Shown one piece after another: positions 24,371 through 38,092 of a stretch of DNA of 64,000 nt. The stretch's first letter is position 1; every line of letters begins with the position of its first letter. Source of the DNA: Takakia lepidozioides (taxonomy: Eukaryota > Plantae > Bryophyta); contig CM060731.1 in assembly GCA_030704615.1 (NCBI GenBank), positions 19,530,001 through 19,594,000 of the forward strand. The letters run 5' to 3'. The notes under the pieces are model-generated. The model had not been told where the DNA came from. It saw only the letters and a list, made by a program, of their open reading frames with translations, and ran no database searches. Position numbers and translations under genes: made by a program.

Positions 24371-25759
24371 TTACAACTTTGCCAGTACTCCCTGCAGAAG
24401 AGGAGGTCCTGGCTGATGGATGTGGGTTGCAGGAGCCAAGGTCTTCATACCTCCTTGGGTTCGCTTGATCCACTCTATGATTCGAGCACAAGCCTCCGGG
24501 TCTGAGAAAATCTTGTTGGTAGGCGTGTAGTTCTTCTTCAAGGCATTCTGTTCCATGAAGCTCGAATTTTTGAATGCCTCGTCCCCTTTCAATTCGCTTA
24601 CAGAACCAGGGGGGCGCCTATATTCCCTTTCTACTGTCTCCACCATGTCGTCGAGCGGCTGGGATGCATCCATCCAATGGAAGAGGCGCACCTCGCTCTC
24701 ATCATTACTGCGAAACCACTTTATCTGTTTTCTCACCAGATACTTGGAGGAATGCTGAAAGTCACGTAAAAACTCCAAAAACCTCTCTTCGGTGGTGATA
24801 CCGCCAGCTGCACGACACTCCAACAGGAATGCCATTGCCTCTTCATAACCAATTGCTCGGGAAGCAGAATTGCTGTCTGGCTGAATTCCCATTTCCAGGA
24901 GCCAAGCTGTCTCCCTCAACAGGTCTGAGACCATCTGTTCGCAGCGAAAGTCGACCTTCTGGTATAGCTCAGCACGGTGCTGATACAGAAAATAGCACTG
25001 GAAATCATAATCCCGCTCTGGACTCAAATCATCCGAAACTGCAATGTCTGTACCAAGCATGTTATTAGTAGCCTGGCTCACCTGCCCAGACGTGGGAAAC
25101 GTTCCTGCGTGGCCATTCATGTACCAGCGGATGTACGTTCCTGTGCCCCCAACGACGATTGGCACACAGCCCTTGGCTAGAATGTGCTCTGTAGCAGCCC
25201 TTGCATCACGAAAATACTGCGGGTAGGTGTACTCTAGGGTGGGGGGCACCATATCTAGTAAATGATGTGGAATACCCTCCCGCTCAATCATTGTGATTTT
25301 TGCAGCTCCCACATCAAGCCCCACAATGACCTGCACAGAGTCTGCGTTGATAATCTCTCCTCCAAGACTCTTTGCTAAGGCCAACGATAGCCGCGTCTTG
25401 CCAACCGCAGTGGGCCCAGCAATCACAATCACCCGTGCCTTCTGTTTGGATGCAGGGATCCCATTGCTCCGCCGCCTTTCAGGATCCACCAGTACTCTAC
25501 TGACTCCATCGGTTTCAGTGCGTACTGGTGCAGCACCCAAATCAACCTCTCCATGAAAATTCGGAAGCATGCGGCATTTGTCCTGATCGCCTACAACCAC
25601 CTGAGCACGCACAGAGGCTCCATGCCACCTGCTTATCTGACGTGACTTGATGGTAATGGCTGGGATCCTCAATGAAGGATAGGATCTTCCACCGCGGAAT
25701 TCCAACACTTGTTCAGAGGGAATGGGGAAGCACGCCGAGCCAGCCCGCAGAAAAGACAT
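24371..25759 (-). CDS. IPT: Intronless isopentenyltransferase, IPT9/MiaA (class II tRNA-IPT) family, with a probable organellar transit peptide; 462 aa from the first ATG
   Basis: P-loop IAGPTAVGKT, EIINADSVQV, PHHLLD, PIVVGGTG.Y.RW, DYDF.C.FL, D.RCEQM, AIGY, KQIKWFR. First ATG is at 25759; the track ORF starts at an upstream TTG. Confidence 0.92.
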   Translation of the reverse strand: MSFLRAGSACFPIPSEQVLEFRGGRSYPSLRIPAITIKSRQISRWHGASVRAQVVVGDQDKCRMLPNFHGEVDLGAAPVRTETDGVSRVLVDPERRRSNGIPASKQKARVIVIAGPTAVGKTRLSLALAKSLGGEIINADSVQVIVGLDVGAAKITMIEREGIPHHLLDMVPPTLEYTYPQYFRDARAATEHILAKGCVPIVVGGTGTYIRWYMNGHAGTFPTSGQVSQATNNMLGTDIAVSDDLSPERDYDFQCYFLYQHRAELYQKVDFRCEQMVSDLLRETAWLLEMGIQPDSNSASRAIGYEEAMAFLLECRAAGGITTEERFLEFLRDFQHSSKYLVRKQIKWFRSNDESEVRLFHWMDASQPLDDMVETVEREYRRPPGSVSELKGDEAFKNSSFMEQNALKKNYTPTNKIFSDPEACARIIEWIKRTQGGMKTLAPATHIHQPGPPLLQGVLAKL

Positions 25760-28700
25760 GTTTGCAAGGGAATGTGAACCCAAAGTTTGGGTAGTTGAGT
25801 CCCAGGAAACTGACCAGTCCGGCAGATCGTGGCAAGCCAAAAAATCAAAGAAATCGAGTTGGGTGGGCCAAGCAGTGCTTGCTTACAGACCTGCAGATAA
25901 CAGAACGAATTAGGACGAGTTCGGAAGCAACCCAAACGAGGCCATGCCAACATTCAGGCAGAAACCAGCGATCTGTACAGGCAGGTAAACTTAAAGTCCA
26001 TTCAACGGAAAAAACCCAGATCCGGCAAGCTGGTGGCAGACAACATTTCAGAAACAACAAACGATCTAGCATTTGTAGAGAAAATCTTTGATGTAACTGG
26101 AATTAGATTACCCAGCCGCAAGAGTCTCCTGAACCTTTGGGACAGAGCAAAAATTCAGTAGCCGATCTACATGAAGGACCAGGCGAACTGAAGAAATCGC
26201 AGAGGGAATGCAGCGCGCTGCGGACTGCACAAGGCGAGACGATGCATATATACGCCCAGGCTCGCATCCCGCCTTCTTCCCGAGCCTCGGCGAGAACCCC
26301 AAACCTCGGGACGTGCCTCGGGTGCAGGTTTACCTGGACTTATTTATTTATTTATTTATAAATATAGTCAGAACTTATGGAAGTGCGCATCCTCAGTGCT
26401 AGAGGCGGGCTAGAGTCTCGGGAGAAGAATGTCTCCAACTAAGTTTTGGTGAAAATAATGGTGTATTATTCGTCTTCTGCAGTACCCTGGATTTGAACTC
26501 AGAATCACGTAGGTGACACATCACACTTTTATTTTGATACTTTATTAATATTTTTCACAAGACCATAATATTTTTATTTTTTAAAGCAAGTTAAACTAAA
26601 AAATGAAAATTATTAACAGAGACAAGCGTACACTTTACAGCGACAGAATTTTTACAGACCATTCCCGACCGACCAAAAATCTGTGATGGGTGACGGTAGG
26701 ACAGCAAATTGATGCTGACTATGCGTTTGAACTCAACACCTCTTCGACGCGGAAGTTTTGCTCACGGATGAATATATTCAATCAGGGATTCAGATGTCCG
26801 TATTGTGGGATGAATGTGGCGATGCCTGTGGATTTTGTAAGAGGTAAAATTCGCTCTAATCCAGGATAGTCCTGGGGTAAGAATTTTACCTCAAAAACTT
26901 CCCGGGCCCCGGTCCGCATTAACGAAAATGCGGATCCAGTGGGGAAGTTCGGGCGGGGCCGTGCTTCACGAATGGATCACTATCTGCCCGAGCCTCACAG
27001 AGAGGGCCATTTGATTCACGGGAGTATACTAATATTAGGAATGTTGAAGGATATCGACATGTGAGGTTGGAATGGCACTGTCCATTTGGCACGAGAGACC
27101 TGTTTTGGATCTATAAAATACCAATGAGGGAATGGAACGGCCACAGTTCGACCGCTCCCATCGGACGTGGGGCATGTTCCTTGAGATGAAAACGAGTAAA
27201 GCATTCATAGAAAGAGAAGAGGGCACACAACAATGCTGCACTGTGTTTGCTTGGATGTCGGCTACCCCCCAAACGAACGTCCGTTATAATTCCAAATTAA
27301 GATGCTACCTACATCCGATACATATCTATTAATGCAGAAACGTGCGTAATTGAAACCCTTCCTACTGCTGTTTATAAGGATGTGGGCCCTGGGTGTAAAG
27401 TGTAAACCAACTGCACGGAGAGAATTCTGGAAGATACGTGAGCATATTTGAAGGATCAGAACCTAGAATATGCTACGTCCGTCTTTATGCGGTCTCACTT
27501 CGACATGTGGATCATCTATATTTGGGTAACCGATCATGGCGGATGAGTGTTTAGTAGAGTGACAGTAATTTAATATGGTAGCAGACTTTGGAGTGGCGGC
27601 CGGGTAGTTGGAGAGTCTCGTCGAACATCGCCCCTGCACGTTCTTACACTATACTTGTTTGTAATAGGGACCTCACAGCTTATAGGTGGTCCTCGAGAGG
27701 TGCGTGACAACGCTACAAGTAGACTAGTTCATATTTGGTCCTACTGGAACTCACGTTGATTATATCTGAATATTTACATGGACTCCATGACGTGCTTGTG
27801 ACGGACGTAATTTCTTTCACTGTTGTTTGATGGCCATCTTCAAATCATTTTTACACGTCTTCAGATTGTTTCAAAAACATACGTGATTTTACCTTTACTG
27901 GTGCATGAGCCCCATCGGAGCTTGAAGGGACCAGCGCCTGATCAGGGGTAAGGAAGAAGGAAAATTAATGGTGTCACTTCACTAATGGTGTCACTTCACC
28001 CAGAAGCTGGGCGGCTTCCGTCCAGGAGTCTGAATATGTTCATATGTATGAAGTATGAGCACAAATTTCATACTGATATTGATATGTGAGGTCCATTGAA
28101 ACCAAACCGCATTTTTGGTGTGCTGAACATCATTAACTAGGTCCATGAACCTGAAGTTGAACGTGAAGCTCTTCTCTTTCATGTCTACCCACTATACAAA
28201 ATATCTAGATATTAGTAAACGAACGACCGTTGGAATGGGAGGCGGCCCTAACCAACTGCTCCCAAAGGATTGAGAAAGGGGACCCTACAGTGCAAACTCG
28301 AACGTCCATGTCGCAGTGGACAGGTAATTTGGTGACTGGTTGACATCCATTTGGACGTCAAGAAGGTGCTCTTTGGCACACGATATCCACGTGTTCGCTA
28401 GCCAGGGGTGACATTTGGGTTCAATCGGATCTTCCAAGGATTAAAGAATAGGATATTCTTAATTCATTCAGCGGACGGCCTTGGCTGGAGGCCCAGTGTA
28501 TTCCAATCAAAACAAAATACCTACACCGAAAATACGAAAATACTCCCAACAAATATCTGAAAGGAATATTTTTTTACTAATCAACTTAGAATCCAAGTAG
28601 CTTTTTAATCAAAAGATCTACTTATTAAACAGAAAATTAGAAAAGATTTTTATGCAGTGACTCCATGTGCTTCTGATTTCAGTTGCATTATTAGTCTTGA

Positions 28701-29099
28701 ATTCTTTTTATCATTGAAAATGCTCTGCATTTTTCGCTAGGAATATGGAATTAAAAAATTAACGAATTTTTGGGAGAGCGTTGCTTGTCTGCTACTGTCG
28801 AGGTTGCTGTGGCCGGCATATTTGCCGAAGGACTTCGAGAACGCTCCTTTGCTGTAGGATTTCTGCAACTTTTTCATAGAGAGTGCCTCAAATTGTTCTC
28901 TAGACACCGGCAGGGAAGGTTGTTCAATTACATCTGAGATTGTGTCTCTGATCTCACCAGCTGCTGACAATTTGGGTAGTCCCTTTTCCATTAATTCTCA
29001 CTCTCAGCTGGTCGCCTGCAGCCGGCTTCCTGATCCGAGTCCAATTTTTTTGTTACTCCCACTCAGTGCGTGTTTTGTGGACGGGAGGCGAGGCTTCTA

Positions 29100-29285
29100 A
29101 GGCTTCTACGGTCGCAAATATCCCAACTGGATTGGGAAAGGTGCACTGAAGCTCACTGACAACGAACTCATGGCAGTTGAGCGGCCGATCCTTCTAGAGG
29201 TTGGCAGCAATGGGATCCCTGCATTTAAAAAGAAGGCAACATGAGTGATTGCGATATTTTGAGGGCTTATGCAGGGCCCACTTAT
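29100..29285 (+). pseudogene. Degenerate N-terminal fragment of an IPT paralog, inverted relative to the intact gene
   Basis: AGCAATGGGATCCCTGCAT..AAA.AGAAGGCA...GTGATTG matches the SNGIPASKQKARVIVIAGP region of the gene at about 25410-25470; contains stops. Confidence 0.6.
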
Positions 29286-30669
29286 TCTTTTGGCATGACC
29301 CTGCTCGCTCAAGTTGATTCAACTGGGTGTGTAGAGAGTCTATTCATGTAAAGGGGACGTCTCGCTCAGCAGCGGGAAAAAACATGATCGCTTCTCCAGG
29401 ATTCTTTCCGCATTCTGCGGGATTCTTTCTGAATACGTTTTGTATATTAAAAACACTTTGTTTCATCCTTGACTTGATTTCCATTGCAGGTTTGGTGGAA
29501 ATGGATGACAAGGCTTCGGCCATCTGGTGGCCTGTACGCTATGCGCCACACAATCCCAATGAATTGGCCTGCCATAGCCATCCAAAAATAAGATGTAAGA
29601 AAACAGATATGTCGCTGGTATCTTTATCAATCAAGTTCTGAGGTGCGATCAGTAATATTCCGCCCATACAGCAATCCGTAGAGTCTCTTTTCTCTCTTCT
29701 TGTCTCTGCCCTACAAGTTATAAGCCCTGCTGTTTGCAGCTGCAGTTTATCCCAAGTATCCATTCACAGCTTTATTGCTAATTCGACATCTCAATCTCCA
29801 TGCTCAATTGGAAGAATAAGCTACAATTCTGTAGCCTCACGTTCTCATACTAGCTCTCTCCTGCAAAAACAGCTGCAATCCAACGTGGACTCCAGGCAGC
29901 TGATCCAAACACCCAAATATGTTTCGGCATGAAAGCCCTCCTAACGAGCACGCCAGAAATATTAACCTATCTACACTGAAGAGGAAAACCTATAATACAG
30001 TGAGTTTGTATATAAGGTATGCCTTAAACCTTAATCAGTTGAGGGCTCCTGCATTATATATCTATATTATGGTTGCGATATCCTTACTATGATACCGTAA
30101 GTAAACGTTTGCAGAGCTATTGATCATTCCAGATGGAGCCTTGGATGGAGCCACTTTCATGAAGTCATTTTCCATCCAATGTGTTTGTCTTCCATGGATT
30201 TCAGGCTGGATCGATCCTACTGGGAAGACTCAGGGAGCAGCTCTGCTACATCATGACGAGTCTACTCTAGGTAGCCTTTCTCTCATTAATATGTAGCTGC
30301 CTCTCCAAAGGGTAGTTTTACAATGACTTTCACAACCATTCCGAAGAAAAACTCATCCAAATTGAAACAATTTTGCAAACTGAACATTAAATGATAGCAA
30401 GTAGGCAAGAAACACATATATTTAAAAGTGTGCTGATTCCAGCTGAGGTTGAAAACGCTCAATGTAGTAATGAAAATTGCCTTAGACCCTACCCCTGCAT
30501 CCTTTCCCTCAGCCCGCGCATGCATGGTATTTGAGCGGTAGCACGAGGAAGAAGACCAGACTGGTCTGGTTTGCGAAGTATTGTAATGTACCCTATGGGG
30601 CCCGGTATTGCCCTTGCGCATACCCGCCTGGTATGATCCTTTGTTTTTTCAGATAACATGTTTTTTTTT

Positions 30670-31325
30670 TTGTAAAATTAAAGGAAACCTGGGAGCTACC
30701 GTACAGCCCACAATTCAGGCCCTTGAGGAGGGGGAAAAATTAACTCCCTTTCATTTATGGACCAGAAGACCTACAGGACGAACAATGCCCAGACAAACCG
30801 CCACGAACAATCCACACGGACAGGGGCTGGGTTTGAACCCGGAACCACCGAGGTGACACACGGTGCATGTGCACTTACCAGCTGAGCTACCAACCGATGT
30901 GCTTTTTATTTTTAAAGATAAAGGGAAACACCTGGGAGCGACAGCTCACAATAAAAAAAAATTCCACATCGGCAGCTGGTAAGTGCAGAATGTGACGCCT
31001 TGGTGGTTCGGGGCTCAAACCTGCTGCCCTGCCCCCCTGTGTGGATTGTTCATGACGTTCTGTCTGGATGTTATCGTCCTGTGTGCCTTCATGGCCCAAA
31101 AGTGAAGGGGGGTTATTTTTCCCCCTCCTCTAGGGGCCTGCATTGTGAGCAGTCACTCCCAGGTTTCTTTCAAAAAATTTAAAAATTAATCCCCTTTCAT
31201 ATAAGCCATTGGGCGCGGAAGATGGAAACATCACCCAGACCAACAGGTCACAAAAAGCAGCAGGATTTGAACCCTGAACCACCGGGGTGACACACAGTGC
31301 ATTTATCCATTGAGCTGCAAGCCGC
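30670..31325. mobile_element. Cluster of tRNA-derived SINE copies (- about 30670-30897; tail piece about 30915-30955; + about 30970-31180; - partial about 31185-31325)
   Basis: A box TAGCTCAGCTGG and B box GGTTCAAACCC on the minus strand at about 30830-30890. The shared body (TGTGTGGATTGTTC...GAAGGGG..TTA.TTTTTCCCCCTCCTC...CTCCCAGGTTTC) recurs in opposite orientations and has AT-rich tails. Confidence 0.7.
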
Positions 31326-32429
31326 AGGTTTTCTTTTTTAACAATTCCCTGATAATTCACTCAGTAGATACTAGAGCCATGTATTTGCGAAATAATTTGA
31401 CTAAATTCATACTCTGCTTAAGGTTAATATTAATACTAGGGCTTCGCGTTGCTCCGCACTACTAGCGACGAATTCTGAGAACTACGTTCAATTGGCACAA
31501 AAAGGGGTGGGTCATTCCATGGTCTTACATCTATGTATGTCACATCTCTGTATTTCATTGTTTGATGTAGCTACCTCTATCTATGCCCAAGAAGTGAGGG
31601 GGAGTGAAACCCCTTTTCTATATTTTTCTGTATTTTTCTGTATTTTTCCTCTGTATTTCATTTCAAGATTCATTTGACCGGTGTAATGATTGTGGCTCAT
31701 TTTGATACAACAAGCAGAATTATGATCTTATTTGATTATGATTAACAAGCAGAATTATGATTTGATTTGGATTATGAATGTTGTTTATATGATATCCTTT
31801 TCATCTTTATTTGCAATTGGTGTAGATTCAAATGGTTTATTTTGTCTGCCTCTCCGCATTAACATATTGTTTTTCCATATTATTTGAACAAAAATAGTTG
31901 TCTACATAAACTCAGTGACCAATATTATTGTTTTGAACAAAATGTGTCTTGATAAAAAGTACTGATGCGGATATGCATATTTCTCTTCGAAATTGAAGGT
32001 AGTTTGTTCTGTGAGCTTTCATGAATATGTTCAAAAGAGACCCACCTTCTTTCTTTCTTCATTCGTTAGTAGCCACAATGCTATCCCTATGTCTTCAGGT
32101 TGCCCCTGAGTTTAAATTTCAGTCTAGTGCCGAGGGTGGGTAAACCCTTGAGGTCATCAATGATGGCCTCTCCTATGTCACAGACTGGAAACAAGTTCAG
32201 AGAGGTCAAGTTCAGCTTGATGAGAATACCCCCGGACATTGTACCAGAAAACGGATATTGTCTTCAGGCCACCCTCACATGGGCATTGACAATCTCCCTT
32301 TCCTCTCTGCATCTTTTTGAGAAAGAGAGTTAGCACATAACAGGTAGCTATATAACTATTCTATGTGTCAAATTGTTGTACAAGGAAGAACAAGCTCATG
32401 TGAAATGTGATGGGACATACAGCTTGTTG

Positions 32430-35400
32430 TAAGGCGCTGGTAAAATGCAGAGAGAACATTCTGCTGCTCAGATGGATCCCACCTGCCATCTGCCTCAATA
32501 TAGATGTTTGATAACAATTATAACTTCAGTGGAGGAGGAGGTGTCATAGGGGTCATGCAAAACCAATGGCCGGCTTCTCACTGTGGTGGCAAAGAGAAAA
32601 TTCATTTTCCTCCTCCCCCACATCATGCAATACAAAGCGTGTGTCAGGCACATACCCCACCTCCTTCATCTGCCCAGACAAATCTTCTCAGGTCAGCATG
32701 GATTTCCTTAATTCTGGGATGCAACTTGTCATCTACAACAAAGGTGTGCACCCTGTTGCCAACCTCAATGCAGAAGCGACCTGGCTCCTTTCTAACCCCT
32801 CTGACCTTCATCATTTTTCTCACATTTGCAGTATCATCCCACCTGCCAGCTACAGCATAGATGTTTGATAGCAACACATAAGTCGCGGCATCATGTTCAT
32901 CCCATTTGAGGATAGATGTTGCCGCACATTCAGCCATCTCCACATTGCCATGGATTCTGCAGGCACCAAGCAAAGCCTTCCACACCACAACATCTGGATT
33001 GATTGGCATTTTATTAATCAGGTCCACTGCCTCATCCAGTTGTCCCGCACGTCCAAGAAGGTCCACCATGCAGCCAAAGTGCTTTACTGTCGGAGTAACA
33101 CCATGATCTTGACTCAGGGAATCGAAGTAGTGTCTTCCTTCATTCAGTAGGCCAGTGTGGCTGCATGTAGAGAGAACACATATAAAGGTGCTATTGTCCG
33201 GCTTCAAGCCGTTCTTTTACATTCCTTCAAATAGTTGCAGGACCTCCCTATAACAACCATGTTGTGGGCATATCCTGCGATCATCGCATTCCACGACACC
33301 ACATTTCGTTCAGTCACATTGTCAAATACTCCCTTTGCATCCTCAATGCACCCCTTCCCCCATCATTTGCTCATAGGCCTCCAAGTCCTCCATCCCACGC
33401 CTCTGCTGTGCCTATCCTACAAGCATGGCGTTCCATGACACCATATCTCGTTCAGCCATATTGTTGAACACTCCACACTCCCTCCGCATCCTTAATGCTC
33501 CCACATTTGGCATACATGTCCGCGAGGGCATTGTCCAGAATCACATTAGGTACAATTCCAGCTTTGGCGATGCAACCATGCACCTCTTTGCCCTTTTCCA
33601 GGGCTGCCAGGCTTTGCACACGCACTGCAAATGCAAACAAACGTTATGCGGCACATCAATTGCTCATAGGTCTCCAAAGCCTCCATCCCACGCCCCTACT
33701 GTGCATATCCTACAATCATCGCACTCCACGACACAACATTTCGTTCAGCCATACTGTCGAACACTCCCTTTGCATCCTCGATGCACTCACATTTGACATA
33801 CATATAAGTAGGGCAGTGTTCAGGATGACATCTGGTACAAATCCAGCTTTGACGATGTCACCATGGACCTCTTTGCACCTTTCCAGGGTTGCCAGGCTTG
33901 CACACGCATTGCAAATGCAAACAAACGTTATGCGGTCAGGTTTCACCCCTTCCTCCATCATTTGCTCATAGGTCTTCGAAGCCTCCATCCCGCGCCCTTG
34001 CTGTGCATATCCTGCAATCATCGCCATCCACGACACCACATCTCGTTCAGCCATACTGTCAAAAACTCCCTTTGCATCCTCGATGCACTCACATTTGACA
34101 TACATGTCCAGCAGGGGGCAGTGTTTAGAATGACATCAAGTACAATTCCAGATGTGACAATGTCACCATGGACCACTTTGCACCTTTCCAGAGCTGCCAG
34201 GCTTGCACACGCATTGCAAATGCAAACAAACGTTATGTGGTCGGGCTTCACCCCTTCCCCCATCATTTGCTCATAGGTCTCTAAAGCCTCTATCCCGCGC
34301 CCTTGCAGTGCATATCCTGCAATCATCGCCCTCCACAACACCACATCTCATTCAGCCATACTGTCGAAAACTCCATTCATACATGTCCACGCAGAATGAC
34401 ACTTGGTACAATTGTAGCTCTGACAATGTCGCCATGGACCTCTTCGCCCTTTTCCAGAGCTGCCAGGCTTGCACACGCATCGCAAATGCACACAAATGTG
34501 TGTGGTCAAGCTTCACCCCTTCCCCCATCATTTGATCATAGGTCTCCAAGCCTTCATACCACGTCATTGTTGTGCATACCCTGCAAGCATCGTCTTCCAT
34601 GACACCACATCTCATTCAGCCATAATGTTGAAAACTCCCTTCGCATCATTAATGCACCCACATTTGGCATACATGTCCACCAGGGCAGTGTTCAGAATGA
34701 CATCTGGTACAATTCCAGCTTTGACAATGTCACCATGGACTTCTTTCCCCTTTTCCAGAGCTCCCAAGCTTGCATACGCATTGCAAACACAAACAAATGT
34801 GATGTGGTTGGGCTTCACCCCTTCACGCAGCATTTGCTCATAGGTCTCCAAAGCATTCCTACCACACCCATGCTTGGTAAATCCTGCCAACATTATCACG
34901 TGATCAAAGATCGTTGAGGCATTATATTGAACACTTGGTGAGCTTCCATGATGCTCCCGCACTTAACATACATGTTGACAAGGGTGTTGAGTAGAAAAAC
35001 ATTTGTTGTGAATCCACTTTGGATAATGTGAGTGTGCACCTACTGTCCAACTTCCAAACTTCCATCTTGATGCACTTAAGCAAGAGACAGACATACGCAT
35101 CTGAATCTGCTGAAATGCCACATTGGGTTTAAAGTCTGTAGAACCTCTGTCAGTCAGTCTGCCACACAAAGCATCTTCACATGCCCAGAAGTGCCAGAAG
35201 AGGCATTGTGGATTCCCTCTCTTGATCCCTTTTCAGAAGCTGTGGTCATGGTTGAGTTGCCTGATTTTATCAACTGTGTCGCTGCAGCTGCTGCCTTTAG
35301 TTGACCATCTACGCATGCAGGTTTCTTGTAGCAATTGATCCACAGGGAATCATACGTAATCTTGTGCTTGAAATCTGGCCCTCTTGGATGAATCTGGACC

Positions 35401-36800
35401 CACACTCTATCCCTTCTCCTTCAGCTATCCATGCCTCTGCACAAATCATGCATTCATCTTTGCCCTTGCTGCTAGCAACTAACAATGACAGCCTAGGAAA
35501 TACCCAATCACACTAGTTCCTATCCACACTGTTATCTGTTTTTGGATACTTTACTGTTATCACATTGGCAGTATCATGTCAAAGTCACTCCAAACTAGAT
35601 TCACTCAACCAGCTAACTTGCAGAATTCAACATGGAAATTCAGGGCCGATTCTGACAAGAAAGAAAAACAGGGTGAATGTGTTGAAGAAGGTGCTTTCAT
35701 TAGCAGTCCTTGTTCTATCAATTGTGCTGCTGCTGCCACTGCTGTTTCCAGTTGACCATCTACGAACGCAAATACTCCCCTTGCATCCTCAATGCACCCC
35801 TCCCCCATCATTTGCTCATGGGTCTCCAAGTCCTTCATCCCACGCCCCTGCTGTGCCTTCATTAGCAGTGCGTTGTTCTATCAATCCTAAATTGCATCTG
35901 CTTCTCTCTGTAGTCCAACAAGCATTCACTTTTTTGTCTCCATAATCCCACCATTGACTGGGGTCGGAAAAGTGTTCATTCCAAAGTTTCTGATCATCTC
36001 TGTCATCTGTTTTGGGTACTTTCCTGCTGCCACATTGGCAGAAACTTGTCAAAGTCACTCCAAACCACCACAGATCCACCCAACGAGCTAACTTACAGAA
36101 TTCAATATACATCTCAGGACCGAGTCTGATGAGAGGGCAAAACAGGCTGAAATAGGTCGAAGAAGAAGGTGCCCTCACCAAATTGTCCTTGACCTTGTGT
36201 CATGATTCATGGAGGATATGACCGACCATCAACCCAAAAGGACCTCTTGTGTGTGCTGCTTGTGTGTGTAGTCAAGTCGGATTGGTCTGTGAGAACCACC
36301 ACGGTGCATCTGAGCAGGCAGAGATTGAAACACCCAAGCTAACTCTCCCAAGAACCTTGCAGTAAACATCAGGAAGAACACCAAATCATGGTACTAACAA
36401 ATGCATCTCAGGGCCGAGTCTGATGAGAGGGCAAAATAGGCTGAAATAGGTCGAAGAAAAAGGTGCCCTCACCAGACTGTCCTTGACCTTGTGTCATGAC
36501 CCATGGAGGATTTGACCGACCATCAACCCAAAAGGACCTCTTGTGTGTGTTGTTTGTGTCTGTAGTCATGTAATGTCGGATTGATCTGTGAGAACTCTTC
36601 CAAGAACCTTGCCAACATCAGGAAGAATACCAAATCATGGTATTGACGGGAGCCAAGAGCCCACCTTTGCAGGATGGACAAACTTCTTCAGATCGTACAT
36701 TAAGAAAAAGTCACACCCTTCCCCCATCATTTGCTTGATCCTTCATCTGCCAAGACAATCTCTTCATCAAGTTTTCAGCTCAGCATGGATTTCCTCAATT
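32430..36800 (-). pseudogene. Decayed paralog of the PDF-PPR-DYW gene (5' exons, PDF halves, PLS array, E1/E2, DYW truncated after HSEK)
   Basis: LWNEHFSDPSQWWDYGDKK (about 35925-35995), PDFKHKITYDSLWINCYKKPA (35154-35405), frameshifted PLS triplets, P2L2S2-E (32644-33207), and CHHSEKPAIGF near 32565-32600 with no CxxC or DYW end. Confidence 0.92.
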
Positions 36801-36866
36801 CGTTGAGAGCTTGCAGCTTGCAAGGTGAACGATGGCGGAAAACGCAGATCAAGAAGATCAAGATCC

Positions 36867-37044
36867 GAGCATTTCGGGCAGTTCCCAAAAAGTTTTCGCT
36901 GCAATTTCTATTGGCTTATTTCGGGCGGGCAATCCGGGCAGATTTAAAGAATTTGACGACGAAACGTGGCAACGATGACGTGGCACTATGGCACCCTTTT
37001 CCTGCTCTACGCTAAACTAGCTTCCGACCTTCGGTTGTCCCTAG
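36867..37044 (+). repeat. Second copy of the hairpin-CTAG element found at 4822-4999
   Basis: Direct sequence similarity; ends CCGACCTTCGGTTGTCCCTAG. Confidence 0.55.
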
Positions 37045-37169
37045 AATATCCGGCTTGGTGCACTGTCCTTGTCGATAAGGACAGTTTATTTAAAAAGCCA
37101 AAAACAAAAATAAAGAATCTAAAATTTTACACAGACTCAGCCTACTTGCTCACGACTGTCTATTGCCCA

Positions 37170-37192
37170 ATATATATATATATATATATATA
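37170..37192. repeat. (AT)n microsatellite
   Basis: About 11 AT units. Confidence 0.9.
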
Positions 37193-38092
37193 TCCACTGC
37201 CAAGGGACTGCTGAAGGAACCCCTTTCATACAAATCAGACCATTGAGGGTTTTGTTAAGCAGTTTAAGCTTTCCACAGTTTTGACTCATATTTGGCTCCC
37301 CAGAAAACCCATTCTCAGAGAAATACTAAAGGCAGCTTCAACTTTTTCTGAGAGATTGTGGTGATGAAATCAACTGAGAAGGAACTCTCATTGCAGATGG
37401 CTTCTGACAATGTTGTTCCTAATATGAGAATATTGGCCGCACCCAAAAGTCACCACCAGCAAAATTGTATCCCCCAAACCGGAGTGACAAGTTTATTATG
37501 GAAGCTGGTCATAACAAGTGGGATACAAGCTGTCATTAACTTTGAAAAAAGACTACTTTTGATGATCACTAGCCATCCTGAATGCTGGACCACTAGTGTT
37601 GTACACCATGTGAAATGGACTACGTCTCTCCCTATACACTGCAGGCAGAGATATGGATGACGTGGACGACAATATCTTCTAATTTGATGTAATTCCGTCG
37701 CAAGAGTTTTTAAGCTGAGCACCTGTGCACATGATTATAAACTAACAAAAGAACCGTGACCTGTCTCCACCGCGCAGGTGCAAAGTTCTGAAACAATGTG
37801 GCTAGTGACAGGGAAAACCCTCACAATGCACGCTACCAAACAGCACTCCAGCATGCTGCCTTCAGAACTGGCCAAGAGCAACTTTGTACACAGCACTACT
37901 CACCCATTCATGTGACAGGCTGATTTTACCGAAAAATGAACGGCTCAAAGACACCATCCCTTGAATACCAACTTGACAACATCTTCACCAAATGGTCCCC
38001 CAGGAGATGCAATCTGCCACCTGGGATGCTGCCCTAAGGGGCCTTTCTAATTGATTTCTCGATCAGCCCTCCATTGGCAGTCATGGAACTGG

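Noticed and set aside
24371-25759. Recent bacterial horizontal transfer of miaA
   Set aside because: It has plant IPT9-specific features (N-terminal extension, DYDF.C.FL, D.RCE.M), so lack of introns alone is not evidence.
30825-30897. Functional tRNA gene
   Set aside because: A and B boxes are present but no convincing cloverleaf, and the head is attached to a repeated SINE-like body.
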